This document shows positions 43,931-53,763 of a stretch of DNA of 64,000 bases, one piece after another. The first letter of the stretch is position 1. Every line of letters starts with the position of its first letter. Source of the stretch: an uncultured Chloroflexia bacterium (GTDB lineage: Bacteria > Chloroflexota > Limnocylindria > Limnocylindrales > CSP1-4); contig CAWHXD010000007.1 of the NCBI GenBank assembly GCA_963833225.1, positions 64,001-128,000 of the forward strand, read 5' to 3'. The notes below the pieces were generated by a model. The model saw only the letters and a list, made by a program, of their open reading frames with translations. It was not told where the DNA came from and searched no databases. Made by a program: the position numbers and the translations under genes.

Positions 43931-44143
43931 TCAGTGGCTCGCCTTCCGGGTGCTCACGCGAAGCAGCGCGTACAGCGGGCAGAACCCAACGATACCGGTG
44001 ACGAGCAGGATCGCCGCGACGAGCCAGGCGACGTACACGATTGGCGCCGTCACGACACCCGCGATGGCGGCAGCCCCGATTCCGATCCCCAGGACGATCC
44101 GGATGATGCGATCGACGGGCGATTCATTGAAGGTCAGCTTCAT
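43931..44143 (-). CDS. DUF2892 (YgaP-like) membrane protein
   Basis: NESPVDRIIRIVLG...TGIVGFCPLYALL; GAGGA RBS. Confidence 0.88.
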   Translation of the reverse strand: MKLTFNESPVDRIIRIVLGIGIGAAAIAGVVTAPIVYVAWLVAAILLVTGIVGFCPLYALLRVSTRKASH

Positions 44144-44191
44144 GACTGGTGTCCTCGTGTCGGCGGGTCATCTACCCGCCTCTATCCGAGG

Positions 44192-44218
44192 GACGAGACC
44201 GACGCGCGAATGGATACA
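44192..44218 (-). promoter_or_regulatory. Putative ECF promoter TGTATCC-N16-CGTC
   Basis: On the minus strand, upstream of the DUF2892-ECF-methyltransferase operon. Confidence 0.55.
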
Positions 44219-44281
44219 CGCGACCAATGGCGAATCCGCGTCCGGCGTCTTGCGGGTGGCCGGCTCCCGTACGATGGCGGG

Positions 44282-45751
44282 ATGGCTCTCCCGATCGCGC
44301 GCCGTGCGACTCGCGTCTCGACACCGCTCCTGGGGGCGTTCGTGGTGGGGGCGATCGCGTACGGCGGGCTGTACACGTTCCCGGCCCTCTCGGTTGCGGT
44401 TGCGGGCGAGTTCGGGATCAGCAGGACGCTGGCGGTCACGCCATGGACCATGTTCCTGGTCGTGACGGCCGTCGCGAGCCCGCTCCTGGGACGCGCCTAC
44501 GACGAGTGGGCGGACCGGGATCTCCTCACGGCGTCGATGGTCCTGCTCGCGGCAGGCTGGCTGGCGGTCTACCTGGCGCAGGAGATCTCGCTGCTCATCC
44601 TCGCCTACGCCGTGTTCATGGCGCTCGGCCTCCAGCTCTCGTTCATCGGGACGTCCACCGCGATCGCCCGGCGGTACGAGGGGATCTCGGGCCTGGCCCT
44701 GGGGATCGCCTATGCGGGCCCCGGGATCGGGGTCGCGATCGCCCTTCCGGTTGCGGCCGGCCTGATCGCCACCGTCGGCTGGCGCTCGATGTCGCTCGCA
44801 TTCCTCGCGACATGCCTGATCGGCGTGGTCTTCGTCTGGCTGATGACCAGTGGCCCGGCGATCGTGGTCCCGGCGCGCCGCACGAACCGTCGGCGGACGT
44901 CGGCTCCGTCGGACGTGCGCGGCGCGGCACCGGCCGTGGCCACCGGTCCAGTGGTCGCGATCGAACCCGCCCGACGCACGGACGGACCATCGCTGGCGAT
45001 CGGCGAGCCGCTGAGCGCCGGCCAGCTCGACGTGCGCGAGACCGAGGCGGCCCAGGCGGCGGGCGCCACGGGCCTTCACGAGATGTCGGCCCCGGGTGCG
45101 GTATCGGCCGCGCGCGAGATCGCGCCGGTGGGCGCCGGTGATCATCCCCGCAGCATCCGGCGCGTCGTGCGGACGCGGCGGTTCTGGGTCCTGTTCGCGG
45201 GGGCCGCGGCGATCGGGATCTTTGACGAGGGCGTGCTCCAGGCGTTCATCCCGAGCGCCGTCGCGAGCGGGCTCGGGGCCGCCTGGGCAGCCACGGCGCT
45301 GGGGCTCCAGTCGCTCGCCTATGTCGGCGGTCAGATCGCCGGCGGCTGGCTCTCGGACCACGTCGGGCGGCGGATCGTCGGTGTCGCGGCGGCGGCGGCC
45401 ATCGGTGGCGCCGTCGTGGCGGCTCTCGGCCTCGTCGGGGCAGCCCCCACGCTGGCGGTTGCCGGCATCATCGTCCACGGGATCGGCACCGGGGCGACCA
45501 TCGCCGTGCGATCGGCCGCCTTTGGTGACGTGTTCGGGGGACCCAGCTTCGGCACGATCTTCGGGTTGCTCGGCGTCGCCTACCCGATCGGTGGGACATT
45601 CGCGGTCTACGTCGGCGCGATCGCCTTCGACGCGACCGGGTCCGCCATGCCGCTCATCCCGGTGGTCCTGGTGGCGCTCGTCCTATGGGCCGTCGCCCTG
45701 TGGGTCGCGGGTCCAAGGCGCGCGGGTCGCGCGTCTCTGGCACCCGTCTGA
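44282..45751 (+). CDS. MFS transporter with long central loop
   Basis: About 12 TMs; GWLSDHVGRR motif. Confidence 0.85.
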   Translation: MALPIARRATRVSTPLLGAFVVGAIAYGGLYTFPALSVAVAGEFGISRTLAVTPWTMFLVVTAVASPLLGRAYDEWADRDLLTASMVLLAAGWLAVYLAQEISLLILAYAVFMALGLQLSFIGTSTAIARRYEGISGLALGIAYAGPGIGVAIALPVAAGLIATVGWRSMSLAFLATCLIGVVFVWLMTSGPAIVVPARRTNRRRTSAPSDVRGAAPAVATGPVVAIEPARRTDGPSLAIGEPLSAGQLDVRETEAAQAAGATGLHEMSAPGAVSAAREIAPVGAGDHPRSIRRVVRTRRFWVLFAGAAAIGIFDEGVLQAFIPSAVASGLGAAWAATALGLQSLAYVGGQIAGGWLSDHVGRRIVGVAAAAAIGGAVVAALGLVGAAPTLAVAGIIVHGIGTGATIAVRSAAFGDVFGGPSFGTIFGLLGVAYPIGGTFAVYVGAIAFDATGSAMPLIPVVLVALVLWAVALWVAGPRRAGRASLAPV

Positions 45752-45820
45752 CCGCTGCCCCAGCGGCCCAGCGGCAGGTTTCCGAGCCCCGTGGCCGGCG
45801 TGGCGGGCTATGCTGCCTCG

Positions 45821-46090
45821 ATGACCGCAATCCCGCCGCCCGCCCTCGTCATGCTCGGACGCGACACCTGCGACGACACCGTCCGGTCCCGCGCCCTCCT
45901 CGACAGCCGTGGCATCCCGTACACCTACCTCAAGGTGGACGAGGACACCGCCGCCGACGCCTGGATCCGTCGCCTCAACGAAGGCGGCTGGCGCACCCCG
46001 ACGATCCTCATCGGCGACCCGGACGCTCCCGCGGCGATCCTGCGCGAGCCCACCGACGAGGATCTCCTGGCGGCCATCGGCCTCGCCTGA
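45821..46090 (+). CDS. Glutaredoxin/NrdH/mycoredoxin-like protein
   Basis: CDDT active-site position, GIPYTY, TPTI, EP. Confidence 0.75.
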   Translation: MTAIPPPALVMLGRDTCDDTVRSRALLDSRGIPYTYLKVDEDTAADAWIRRLNEGGWRTPTILIGDPDAPAAILREPTDEDLLAAIGLA

Positions 46091-46118
46091 CCCGTCCGAG
46101 GCAGGGCCGCCCGGCCGG

Positions 46119-47286
46119 TCAGGCCGGGATCACCGGGTCGATCGGGTAGGGCAGCAGGATCTCGCCGCCATCGGGCGTCACGCGGTAGACGTCCTCGTGC
46201 CGGACCCCGCCGAAGCCCGGGATCGCGAGGATGGTGTGCCCGATGGTGATGGTCATGCCCTCCCGCAGCGGGACGTTGCGGTGGGGCGGGATGATCGTCG
46301 ACGCTGGCGTCTCCTCGAACCGGAGGCCCAGGCCGTGGCCGATCCCGTTGACCTGGTACTCGCCAAGCCCGCGCTCCCCGAGCACCGCTCCCGCCCGCGC
46401 ATCGAGCTGGGCCACGGTGGCGCCCGGGCGCATCGCGGTGCGAACGGCGGGGATCAGGGCCTCGTACGCCTCGAGCAGGGCGCGCTGCCGGGCGTCGGGC
46501 TCGCCCAGGACGAACGTCCGGGCGAGGTTGGCGCAGTAGCCTTCGACCATGGGGGTGAGGTCGATGACGACCAGGTCGCCGGTCCGCATCGGTTGCGGGC
46601 TCTGCCACCCGTGGAGCATGCACGTCTCGCGTCCGACGTTGACGTAGACCGGGGTGCTGGTCCGGCTCGCCCCGGCCCGCATCATCGCGTACATCGCCTC
46701 GGTGGCCACGTCGTGGGCGCTCGCGCCGTCACGCAGCAGGGTGCGGGCTCGATCCATGCCGATCCCGGCAACGCGCTGGGCCTCGGCCATGGCGGCGATC
46801 TCGGCAGGCTCCTTCACCCCACGCAGCGGATCCATGATCGGATCCGAGGACACGAGCTCGACGCCCGGGTTCACCTTCTTGAACATGTCCACGAGGAAGG
46901 CCGGCGTGTCGAACCACAGCTGCATCGCGATGCGGAGGCGGGTTCCGCCGTCCGCCCCGGCCGTCTCCGCTCGATCCGCTCTGCGCCGCGATCTCGCGCA
47001 GCCGGGTGACCACGTCGTTGATCTGGCCACCGACCGAGCCCCAGATCATGACGGGGCCGCCGCCGGTCAGGTCGCGGAGCTCGTCCTCCTCGGCCCTGAA
47101 GGCGACCAGCGCCGGCTCGCCGGCCGCCGGGATGATCGCCCTCGGCTGGGCCCGGTCGAAGCCGAAGAACCAGCGGTAGTCGTCGTGGTTCATGACCACG
47201 ATCGCGGCCACGCCCTGCTCGCGCATCAGCGCCTGGGCGCGCTCGATGCGATCGAAACGGACGGTGGATGGGGTCTGGGCGGTCAC
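46119..47286 (-). CDS. M24 (Xaa-Pro/creatinase) peptidase (frameshift near 46980)
   Basis: RGVKEPAEI, GHGLGL, GGVRHED; N-terminal creatinase domain in a second frame. Confidence 0.85.
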
Positions 47287-47401
47287 ATGGGGATCGTGCC
47301 ACGGCTGGCCGGTCTGCGTCGCGGATGGGCAGAGCCCGGTCCCGACCGGGCCGTGGCACGTGGATGCCCCCCCGGGGCCCGTTACCTCACCTGGCAGGGC
47401 A

Positions 47402-48207
47402 TCAGGTGGTGAACGCCTCGTGCAGCGCCCGCTGGGCAACGTCGTCGACGCCGAGGCCACTGGCCAGGTAGGCGTCGACGGACCCGTACCCCGATCGCAG
47501 CTCATCGATCGCCGCCTCGAGGTAGACGGGGCGGACGTCGAACACGGGCACGAACAGCTCCGGGTCGGCCCCCCGCGCCGCCAGTCCCTCGAGCATCCCG
47601 GTGACGAACGAGGCAAGGCGTACCGCGGCTCTCGAGGTAGTGGGCCATCACGGCGTCGTCGGGCACGTCGAGCAGCAGTTGGATCAGGGCGGCCGCCCAG
47701 CCGGTGCGATCCTTGCCCGTCGTGCAGTGGACGAGCGCCGGTCGGCTTGCGTCGTGCGGCGAGGTCCCGCAGCAACATGCCATAGGCGGCGCGGGCGCTC
47801 GGGCCGCGGACGAACGCGCGGTATTGCTCCACCCATAGCGCCTCGGCCCGGCCTTCCCCGAGACCGGCGCGCGCGGCCGCCGGGTCGGCGACCCAGTCGA
47901 ACAGCTGCGATGGGCCACCGGTCCATCCGGCGAGCACATCGGCCGGCACATGGCGCGACCCGGCCGGGAGCCGATCGGGCGCCTCCGCCTGCTCGCGGGC
48001 GAGGCGCAGGTCGTAGACGGTCCGGATGTCGAGCCGCTCAACCGCCGTGACGTCTCCGGGATCGAGCTGGTGGAGGCCGGCGGCGCGGTACAGCAGCCCG
48101 GTCCGGACGAGCCCGCCGGCGCGCGTCCGGAGGCCACCAACGTCGCGCAGGTTGGGAATCGACGGGATGGCGAGGCGGTCATCCGCGGCACCGATCGTCA
48201 CCCGCAT
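47402..48207 (-). CDS. Tyrosine-protein phosphatase (PtpB/IphP-like), frameshifted
   Basis: NLRDVGG, YDLR, HCTTGKDRTG, YGSVDAYL across three frames. Confidence 0.85.
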
Positions 48208-49528
48208 TGGCCCCGCCCAACGCCTCCGTGCTCGTGATCACCCAGGTGGACCCCTCGGCCGAGTCGCGAACCTCGATCCCGGCGGCGGTCAGCTGATCGC
48301 GAATACGGTCGGCCGCGGCCCAGTCGCGCGCCGCTCTCGCCTGGTCGCGCGCCGCGAGCAGGGCGCCGACCAGCGGTTCGAGCTGCTCCCGGCCGATCCC
48401 ACCGCTCGAGCCGGCGGCGGCCCGATCGCCGAGGCGCACGATCAAGGAACGGAACGTGGCGCTCGCGTTGTCGAGGTCGGGGCTGTCCTCGCCCGCGCGC
48501 ACGCGCGCCGAGATCGCGCTGTCGAGGTCGAGGAGGGCGCCGACGGCCGCGCGGTGGTCACCCCCTGAGAGCGCGGCCACGAACGTTCCCTCGAGCTCGG
48601 TCATCTCGTCGCGAAGCGGAGCGGCCGGCCGGGTTGCGAGGCCAGCACGAGCCGCCGGGCTGGCGGCCTCCGCGCTGGAGATCGCCGCATCACGGACGTC
48701 GTCGGCGGATCGCCCGGCGGCAAGGCCGCGCGCCGCTTCCCCGAGCGCCTCGATGGCGATCGTCTCACCGGACGTGAACCGGGTGCTGCGCCCGTCAACG
48801 CGGACGGTGACCCCACCGAGGCCGGCAATGGACCCGACTCCGGCGTCGAGGTCCACCAGCAGGGCGGTGTGGCTGTCCACGCCCAGCACGAACACGTCCT
48901 CGGGCAGCAGCGCCTCGAGCATCCGCAGCCGGCGCTCGCCCATGTAGCAGAAGCGCGTGTCGTGGTTGCCGCCCTCGGCGTTGTCGTAGTGGGGGACCAC
49001 GGCTGCCCGCAACCCCGTGGCGCGGCCCAGCAGGTCGAGGCCCTCGAGCCATCGCGGTTCCTCGCCCACCTTGTAGATCTCGTAGACGGGGATCGTGACC
49101 ACGCCCAGCGTGAGGGCGGCGGCGCTCGCCATCGTCAGGATCCCGCCACTCGCGGTCTTCTCCGCCAGGGCATCCGGAATGGGTCCGCCCGACCACTGGT
49201 AGAGGGCGTAGCTCGGGCTGCCGGGGCCGGCCATCACGTAGCGTGCCTCCCGGATCCGGGCCAGCGCCGTCGCCGCGACGAGGGCGTCGACCTCCCGGGA
49301 GCGCAGCGACGCCACCTCGACGGGGTTGCCGACGCTGGTCTCGAAGAAGGTCATCGTCCGGGCCGAGAGCTCGTCCGCGTTCTCCTGGAAGCCGTACGGG
49401 GTGTCCAGGATGACCGCCGGCACGGGTCCGCCGTCGAACCGGTCGAACAGGGCCCGGTGCACCTTGGCCATCGCGGGCGCCGTCTCACCCGAGCCCATGA
49501 TGGCGAGGATCCGGGGTCCGCCGCTCAT
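48179..49528 (-). CDS. Peptidase S51/cyanophycinase-like domain fused to CysRS-like anticodon-binding domain
   Basis: IMGSGE, DTPYGFQEN, GPGSPSY, ASAAA, VPHYDN; C-terminal ARAARDWAAADRIRDQLTAAGIEVRD...W. Confidence 0.75.
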   Translation of the reverse strand: MSGGPRILAIMGSGETAPAMAKVHRALFDRFDGGPVPAVILDTPYGFQENADELSARTMTFFETSVGNPVEVASLRSREVDALVAATALARIREARYVMAGPGSPSYALYQWSGGPIPDALAEKTASGGILTMASAAALTLGVVTIPVYEIYKVGEEPRWLEGLDLLGRATGLRAAVVPHYDNAEGGNHDTRFCYMGERRLRMLEALLPEDVFVLGVDSHTALLVDLDAGVGSIAGLGGVTVRVDGRSTRFTSGETIAIEALGEAARGLAAGRSADDVRDAAISSAEAASPAARAGLATRPAAPLRDEMTELEGTFVAALSGGDHRAAVGALLDLDSAISARVRAGEDSPDLDNASATFRSLIVRLGDRAAAGSSGGIGREQLEPLVGALLAARDQARAARDWAAADRIRDQLTAAGIEVRDSAEGSTWVITSTEALGGANAGDDRCRG

Positions 49529-50399
49529 CCGAAGAACCCGCGCTCGGCCTGGTCGATCATCACATCGGCAAGTTCGCGCGGGTGCTGCGCGTGGATGTCA
49601 TGGTCGCCGGTGAACCACGTGGCGTGCGCACTTGCCAGCGACGAGAGGGCGAGGCCCACACCGTCACGCTTCTGCGCCTCGCGCGATGCATCCCCGGTGT
49701 CCGCCGGGACGAGGAGGACCGGTACCCGCACGTCCTGGTAGCGCTGGGACGGGTGGTGCTCCCACAGCCCGCGAAGGACGGCGACATGACGGTCGAAGGT
49801 GAGCCAGGGAGCCACGGTGCCGTCGGCGCGAAGCTCGAAGTTCGCGAGCACGCCCGCGATGCCGGTCTCGGGCCAGTCGGAGTGCGCCCGCCGGACGTAC
49901 CCCTCGATGTCGACCCGCTTGAGCCCCGCCAGCCGTGGCGGGGCCAGGGCCTCGAGGCATGCTTCCCAGCTGGGAAACGCGGTGCTCGGCTCCAGCCAGC
50001 CGCCATCGACGCAGACGATGCCGCGCACCGCGTCTCCGGGTGGCGCGCGGCGAGCTCCAGGACCACGTTGCCGCCCCAGGACTGGCCCGCGACCACCGGG
50101 CGATCCAGCCCGAGCTCCGTGATCAGCCTCGCAACGTCGTCGGCCACGGTGGGCACGTCGTACGGCCCGTCGGGCTTGGATGACCGCCCGTGACCGCGTA
50201 GGTCCACCGTGACGGCAGGATGGCCGCGCTCCGTGAGCCGCGCGGCGACGCCGTCCCACATCCGGGCGTTCGAGGCGAGGCCGTGGACCAGGACGAACGG
50301 CGCGACGCCATCGGCCACCGTGGACGCGTTGCGGTCCGGTGCCCACCTGTCCGCGACCAGCTCCACCCCGTCGGCGACGTCGATCCGAAGCGTCTCCAT
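49525..50399 (-). CDS. Alpha/beta hydrolase (frameshift near 50035)
   Basis: LVHGLASNA, DLRGHGRS, GQSWGG, GDHDIH. Confidence 0.88.
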
Positions 50400-50498
50400 G
50401 TCGCTGAGTATGGCGCCGCAACGCCGGCCCCGCGAAGCGCCACCTCCGTCTACCATCGCCGCCAGGTCCACCTCGTTCGCAGGAGCCGCTTCGTGACC

Positions 50499-52025
50499 AT
50501 GGACGACCGCGGGGCGCTTCGTCGGCGCCCACGCCGCACCGCTCCGGGCATCCCGCAGCTGCCTCCACGGCGCCTCGTCAACCCGTTCCCGCCGGCGGAG
50601 GTCCTCTCGGCGGACCAGGTGGAGGCGATCCACCGAGCCTCGCTGGAGATCCTGCGCGACACGGGGATCGAGGTCCTCGGTGACCGGGCGATGGACCTGC
50701 TGCGCGGTGCGGGCGCGTCGATCGACGCCGCCAACCGCCGCGTCCGCCTGGACCCCGACCAGGTCCAGGAGCTGATCCGGACCGCCCCCGAGGTGTTTGA
50801 GCTCCACGCCCGCAACCCGGCCTGGAACTCCGTCATCGGCGGCCGCAACCTCGTCTTCTGCTCGGTCGGCGGCCCGGCGTTCGCGAGCGACACGATCCGG
50901 GGACGGCGCCCCGGGACGTTCGCGGACATGCGGGACCTGACCCGCCTCGTCGGGCGCCTCAACGTCCTCCACCAGGAGGGTGGCGGCGCCGTGGAGCCCA
51001 CCGACATCCCCGTCCCGGTTCGCCACCTCGAGATGTACCGCGCGTTCGCGACCCTCCTTGACAAGACCTGGCACTCGCTCGCGTACGGCCGGGTGACCGT
51101 GGAGGACGCGATCGAGATCGCGTGCCGGATGCGCGGCGTGTCGCGCGAGCAGCTGGCGCAGGAGCCCAGCCTGATCACGGTGGTCAACACCAACAGCCCG
51201 CTTCGCTTCGACGGCCCGATGTCGGAGGGCCTGATCGCGATGGCCGAGGCCGGCCAGGCCGTGATCGCCACCCCGTTCACGCTGTCGGGTGCGATGAGCC
51301 CGGTCACCCTGGCGGGCTCGATCGCGCTCCAGAACGCCGAGGCGCTGTTCATGGTCTCCCTCTCGCAGCTCGCCCGGCGCGGTGCCCCCATCGTCTACGG
51401 CGGCTTCACGTCCAACGTCGACATGCGCACCGGGTCGCCCGCGTTCGGCACGCCCGAGTACGTGAAGGGCCAGATGGCGACCGGCCAGATGGCGCGCCGC
51501 TACGGACTTCCCTGGAGGTCGTCCAACGTGACGGCGTCGCCCGTCGTCGACGCACAGGCCGCGTACGAGAGCGAGATGGCGATCTGGGGCGCGGTGATGA
51601 GCGGTGTCAACGTCCTGTACCAGGGCGCCGGGTGGCTGGAGGGCGGCCTCACCGCGTCGTTCGAGAAGATGGTCCTGGACGCGGAGCTGCTCCAGCTCAT
51701 CTCCGAGGTGCTCCAGCCGGTGGTGGTGGACGAGGCGAGCCTGGGCCTTGCCGCGATCGCGGACGTCGGTCCCGGCGGCCACTTCTTCGGGACCGGGCAC
51801 ACGCTGGAGCGCTACGAGACCGCCTTCTACCAGCCGATGATCAGCGACTGGCGCAACTATGAGACCTGGGCGGAGGACGGCGCGCGGACGGCGACGGACC
51901 GGGCGGCGACCACCTGGCAGCGGCTGCTCGACGGGGGCGAGGACCCGCCGATGGACGAGGGCGTCCGCGAGTCGATCGACGAGTACGTCGACCGCCGCAA
52001 GGCGGAGATCACCTCCGGGAGGTGA
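50499..52025 (+). CDS. Trimethylamine methyltransferase (MttB) family protein, non-pyrrolysine
   Basis: NSPLRFD, GAMSPVT, DMRTGSPAFGTPE, GAGWLEGG, GPGGHFFG. Confidence 0.92.
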   Translation: MDDRGALRRRPRRTAPGIPQLPPRRLVNPFPPAEVLSADQVEAIHRASLEILRDTGIEVLGDRAMDLLRGAGASIDAANRRVRLDPDQVQELIRTAPEVFELHARNPAWNSVIGGRNLVFCSVGGPAFASDTIRGRRPGTFADMRDLTRLVGRLNVLHQEGGGAVEPTDIPVPVRHLEMYRAFATLLDKTWHSLAYGRVTVEDAIEIACRMRGVSREQLAQEPSLITVVNTNSPLRFDGPMSEGLIAMAEAGQAVIATPFTLSGAMSPVTLAGSIALQNAEALFMVSLSQLARRGAPIVYGGFTSNVDMRTGSPAFGTPEYVKGQMATGQMARRYGLPWRSSNVTASPVVDAQAAYESEMAIWGAVMSGVNVLYQGAGWLEGGLTASFEKMVLDAELLQLISEVLQPVVVDEASLGLAAIADVGPGGHFFGTGHTLERYETAFYQPMISDWRNYETWAEDGARTATDRAATTWQRLLDGGEDPPMDEGVRESIDEYVDRRKAEITSGR

Positions 52026-52172
52026 GCGTCACACGGCCAGCTCGGACGTCTGCCGAGATCCAGCCGCCGGCTCATCATATCCGGCTGAGGGGTGCCCACG
52101 GGTGTGTGCTCGATCACGTTTGGCGGTCCGCCGGCGTCGGTTGCCGGCCCTTGCCCCCTGGCGGCGCCCGGG

Positions 52173-53342
52173 TCAGCGGGTGACGGGCGTGAGCCTCCGG
52201 AGCGACGTCGCCGGGACGGCACTCGGGCGCGAGACCTTGGCGAAGATCCGCGAATAGGCGGCACCCGCCTCGCACCAGATCTCGCCCCGCGTGGCCTCCC
52301 AGGCCTTGCGGCCGTACCCGTCACGGACCCGCGGATTGCCCAGGAGCCGAAGCACGGCGGCGGAGATCGCGGCCGGGGAGCGGTCGGCGAGCATGACCCC
52401 GCGACCCCGCGACAGGCGCGTCTTGGCGTACGTCGACGGCGACGCGATGACGGCGCGGCCGGCGCTCATGGCGTAGGCGATCGTTCCCGACGCGAGCCGG
52501 TCCGGATCCGTGTACGGCGCAAGGACGATGTCGGCCGCCTCGACCCAGCGGGCGAGCTCCACTCGCCCGACGAACCGGTTCTCGAACCGCACGTGATCGC
52601 CGAGGCCCAGCTTCCCGACCATGGCGACCAGGCGCTCACGGTAGGCCTCGCCCTCGATTCCCAGGAGGTCCACGTGCGTGGCCCCCAGGATCACGTACAG
52701 GGCGTTGGCGTTCGCATCGACGACGGCGCGCATGGCCTCGATCGCGGCCTCGTAGCCCTTGCCGGGATCCATGAGGCCGAAGCTCAGCAGCAGGTGACGG
52801 CCCTCGAGACCGAGGCGCGGCTTGACCGTCTCGGGGTCCACGAGGGGCAGGTTGGGCACGCCATGGGGCACCACCTCGACGGCCCCGGGCCGCGCACCGT
52901 ACGTGCGCACGAGAAGGGTGGCTGCCTCGGGCGACTGGACGACGACCGCCGCGGACGCATCGGCGATGCGCCGGAGGACGCTCAGCTCGCCGGGCGTGGG
53001 CCGCCGGGGAACGGTGTGCAGGGTGGTGACGGCCGGCAGACCGAGCGCCCCGAGGAGCGTGAGGATGGATTCGCCATCCTGGCCGCCCCAGATGCTCGGC
53101 TCGAACTGGAGGGACACCACGTCCACCGACGACGCGTTGAGGGATTCGGCGGCGAGCGCGTAGTCCTCGGGCTCGTCACGGCGGATCCGGTGCTGGACCT
53201 CGGCCGGGTAGGTTGCCGGCCCGTCCGGCGGGTGGAGCACCACGATCTGGCGGGGAAATGCCGCGGTTGCCAGGTCGTAGGTGAACGAGGCGACCGCGCA
53301 GGGGTGCGGGGAATAGGTAGAGACGAATGCGGTCGTTGTGAT
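52173..53342 (-). CDS. GT4 glycosyltransferase (start codon appears to be ATC)
   Basis: AFVSTYSP...VASF, TLHTV, VPHGVP, FGLMDPGKG, SGTIAYAMSAG. Confidence 0.85.
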   Translation of the reverse strand: MTTTAFVSTYSPHPCAVASFTYDLATAAFPRQIVVLHPPDGPATYPAEVQHRIRRDEPEDYALAAESLNASSVDVVSLQFEPSIWGGQDGESILTLLGALGLPAVTTLHTVPRRPTPGELSVLRRIADASAAVVVQSPEAATLLVRTYGARPGAVEVVPHGVPNLPLVDPETVKPRLGLEGRHLLLSFGLMDPGKGYEAAIEAMRAVVDANANALYVILGATHVDLLGIEGEAYRERLVAMVGKLGLGDHVRFENRFVGRVELARWVEAADIVLAPYTDPDRLASGTIAYAMSAGRAVIASPSTYAKTRLSRGRGVMLADRSPAAISAAVLRLLGNPRVRDGYGRKAWEATRGEIWCEAGAAYSRIFAKVSRPSAVPATSLRRLTPVTR

Positions 53343-53363
53343 CGTGGTGCTCCGTTCGAGGGA

Positions 53364-53387
53364 CGGCCGCCCCGCTCGGGGCGGCCG
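53364..53387 (-). terminator. 10-bp GC hairpin between csp and the glycosyltransferase
   Basis: cggccgcccc-gctc-ggggcggccg; no U-tract. Confidence 0.45.
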
Positions 53388-53397
53388 CCTGTGCGGC

Positions 53398-53601
53398 CTA
53401 GGCCGCGGTGACCCGAATGGCCCGCGGACCCTTGGGGCTCTGCTCGATCTCGAACGTGACCTGCTCACCACCGGTGAGCGAATTGAACTCGAGGGGGGGC
53501 TGCAGCCCGCCGCGGTGGAAGAAGTAGTCCTTCCCGTCCTCGGCAGTGATGAAGCCGAAGCCGCGATCGGCGACGACCTTCTTGATGGTGCCCGTACTCA
53601 T
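53398..53601 (-). CDS. Cold shock protein (CspA family)
   Basis: RNP1 RGFGFI, RNP2 YFFH, KGPRA. Confidence 0.95.
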   Translation of the reverse strand: MSTGTIKKVVADRGFGFITAEDGKDYFFHRGGLQPPLEFNSLTGGEQVTFEIEQSPKGPRAIRVTAA

Positions 53602-53708
53602 GGGGCTGATCCCTTTCCTCTTCCCGAACTGGAAAGCAGACGCACGGTCCGTTCGAGAAGGGGGGGTCGACCACGCGGAGCGCTACCACGAGTTGCGGCG
53701 GCCGATCA

Positions 53709-53737
53709 AAGGTACCCGGAATCGGCCGATTCCACAA
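53709..53737 (-). promoter_or_regulatory. Putative sigma-70 promoter of csp with palindromic spacer
   Basis: TTGTGG-N17-TACCTT; 16-bp perfect palindrome GGAATCGGCCGATTCC 53718-53733. Confidence 0.5.
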
Positions 53738-53763
53738 TGCGGAGCCCCCAGGTTGCGGCAGCC

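Noticed and set aside
46729-48207. Apparent phosphatase-peptidase fusion ORF
   Set aside because: Frameshift read-through artefact; the PTP ends at 47402 and the M24 gene starts separately
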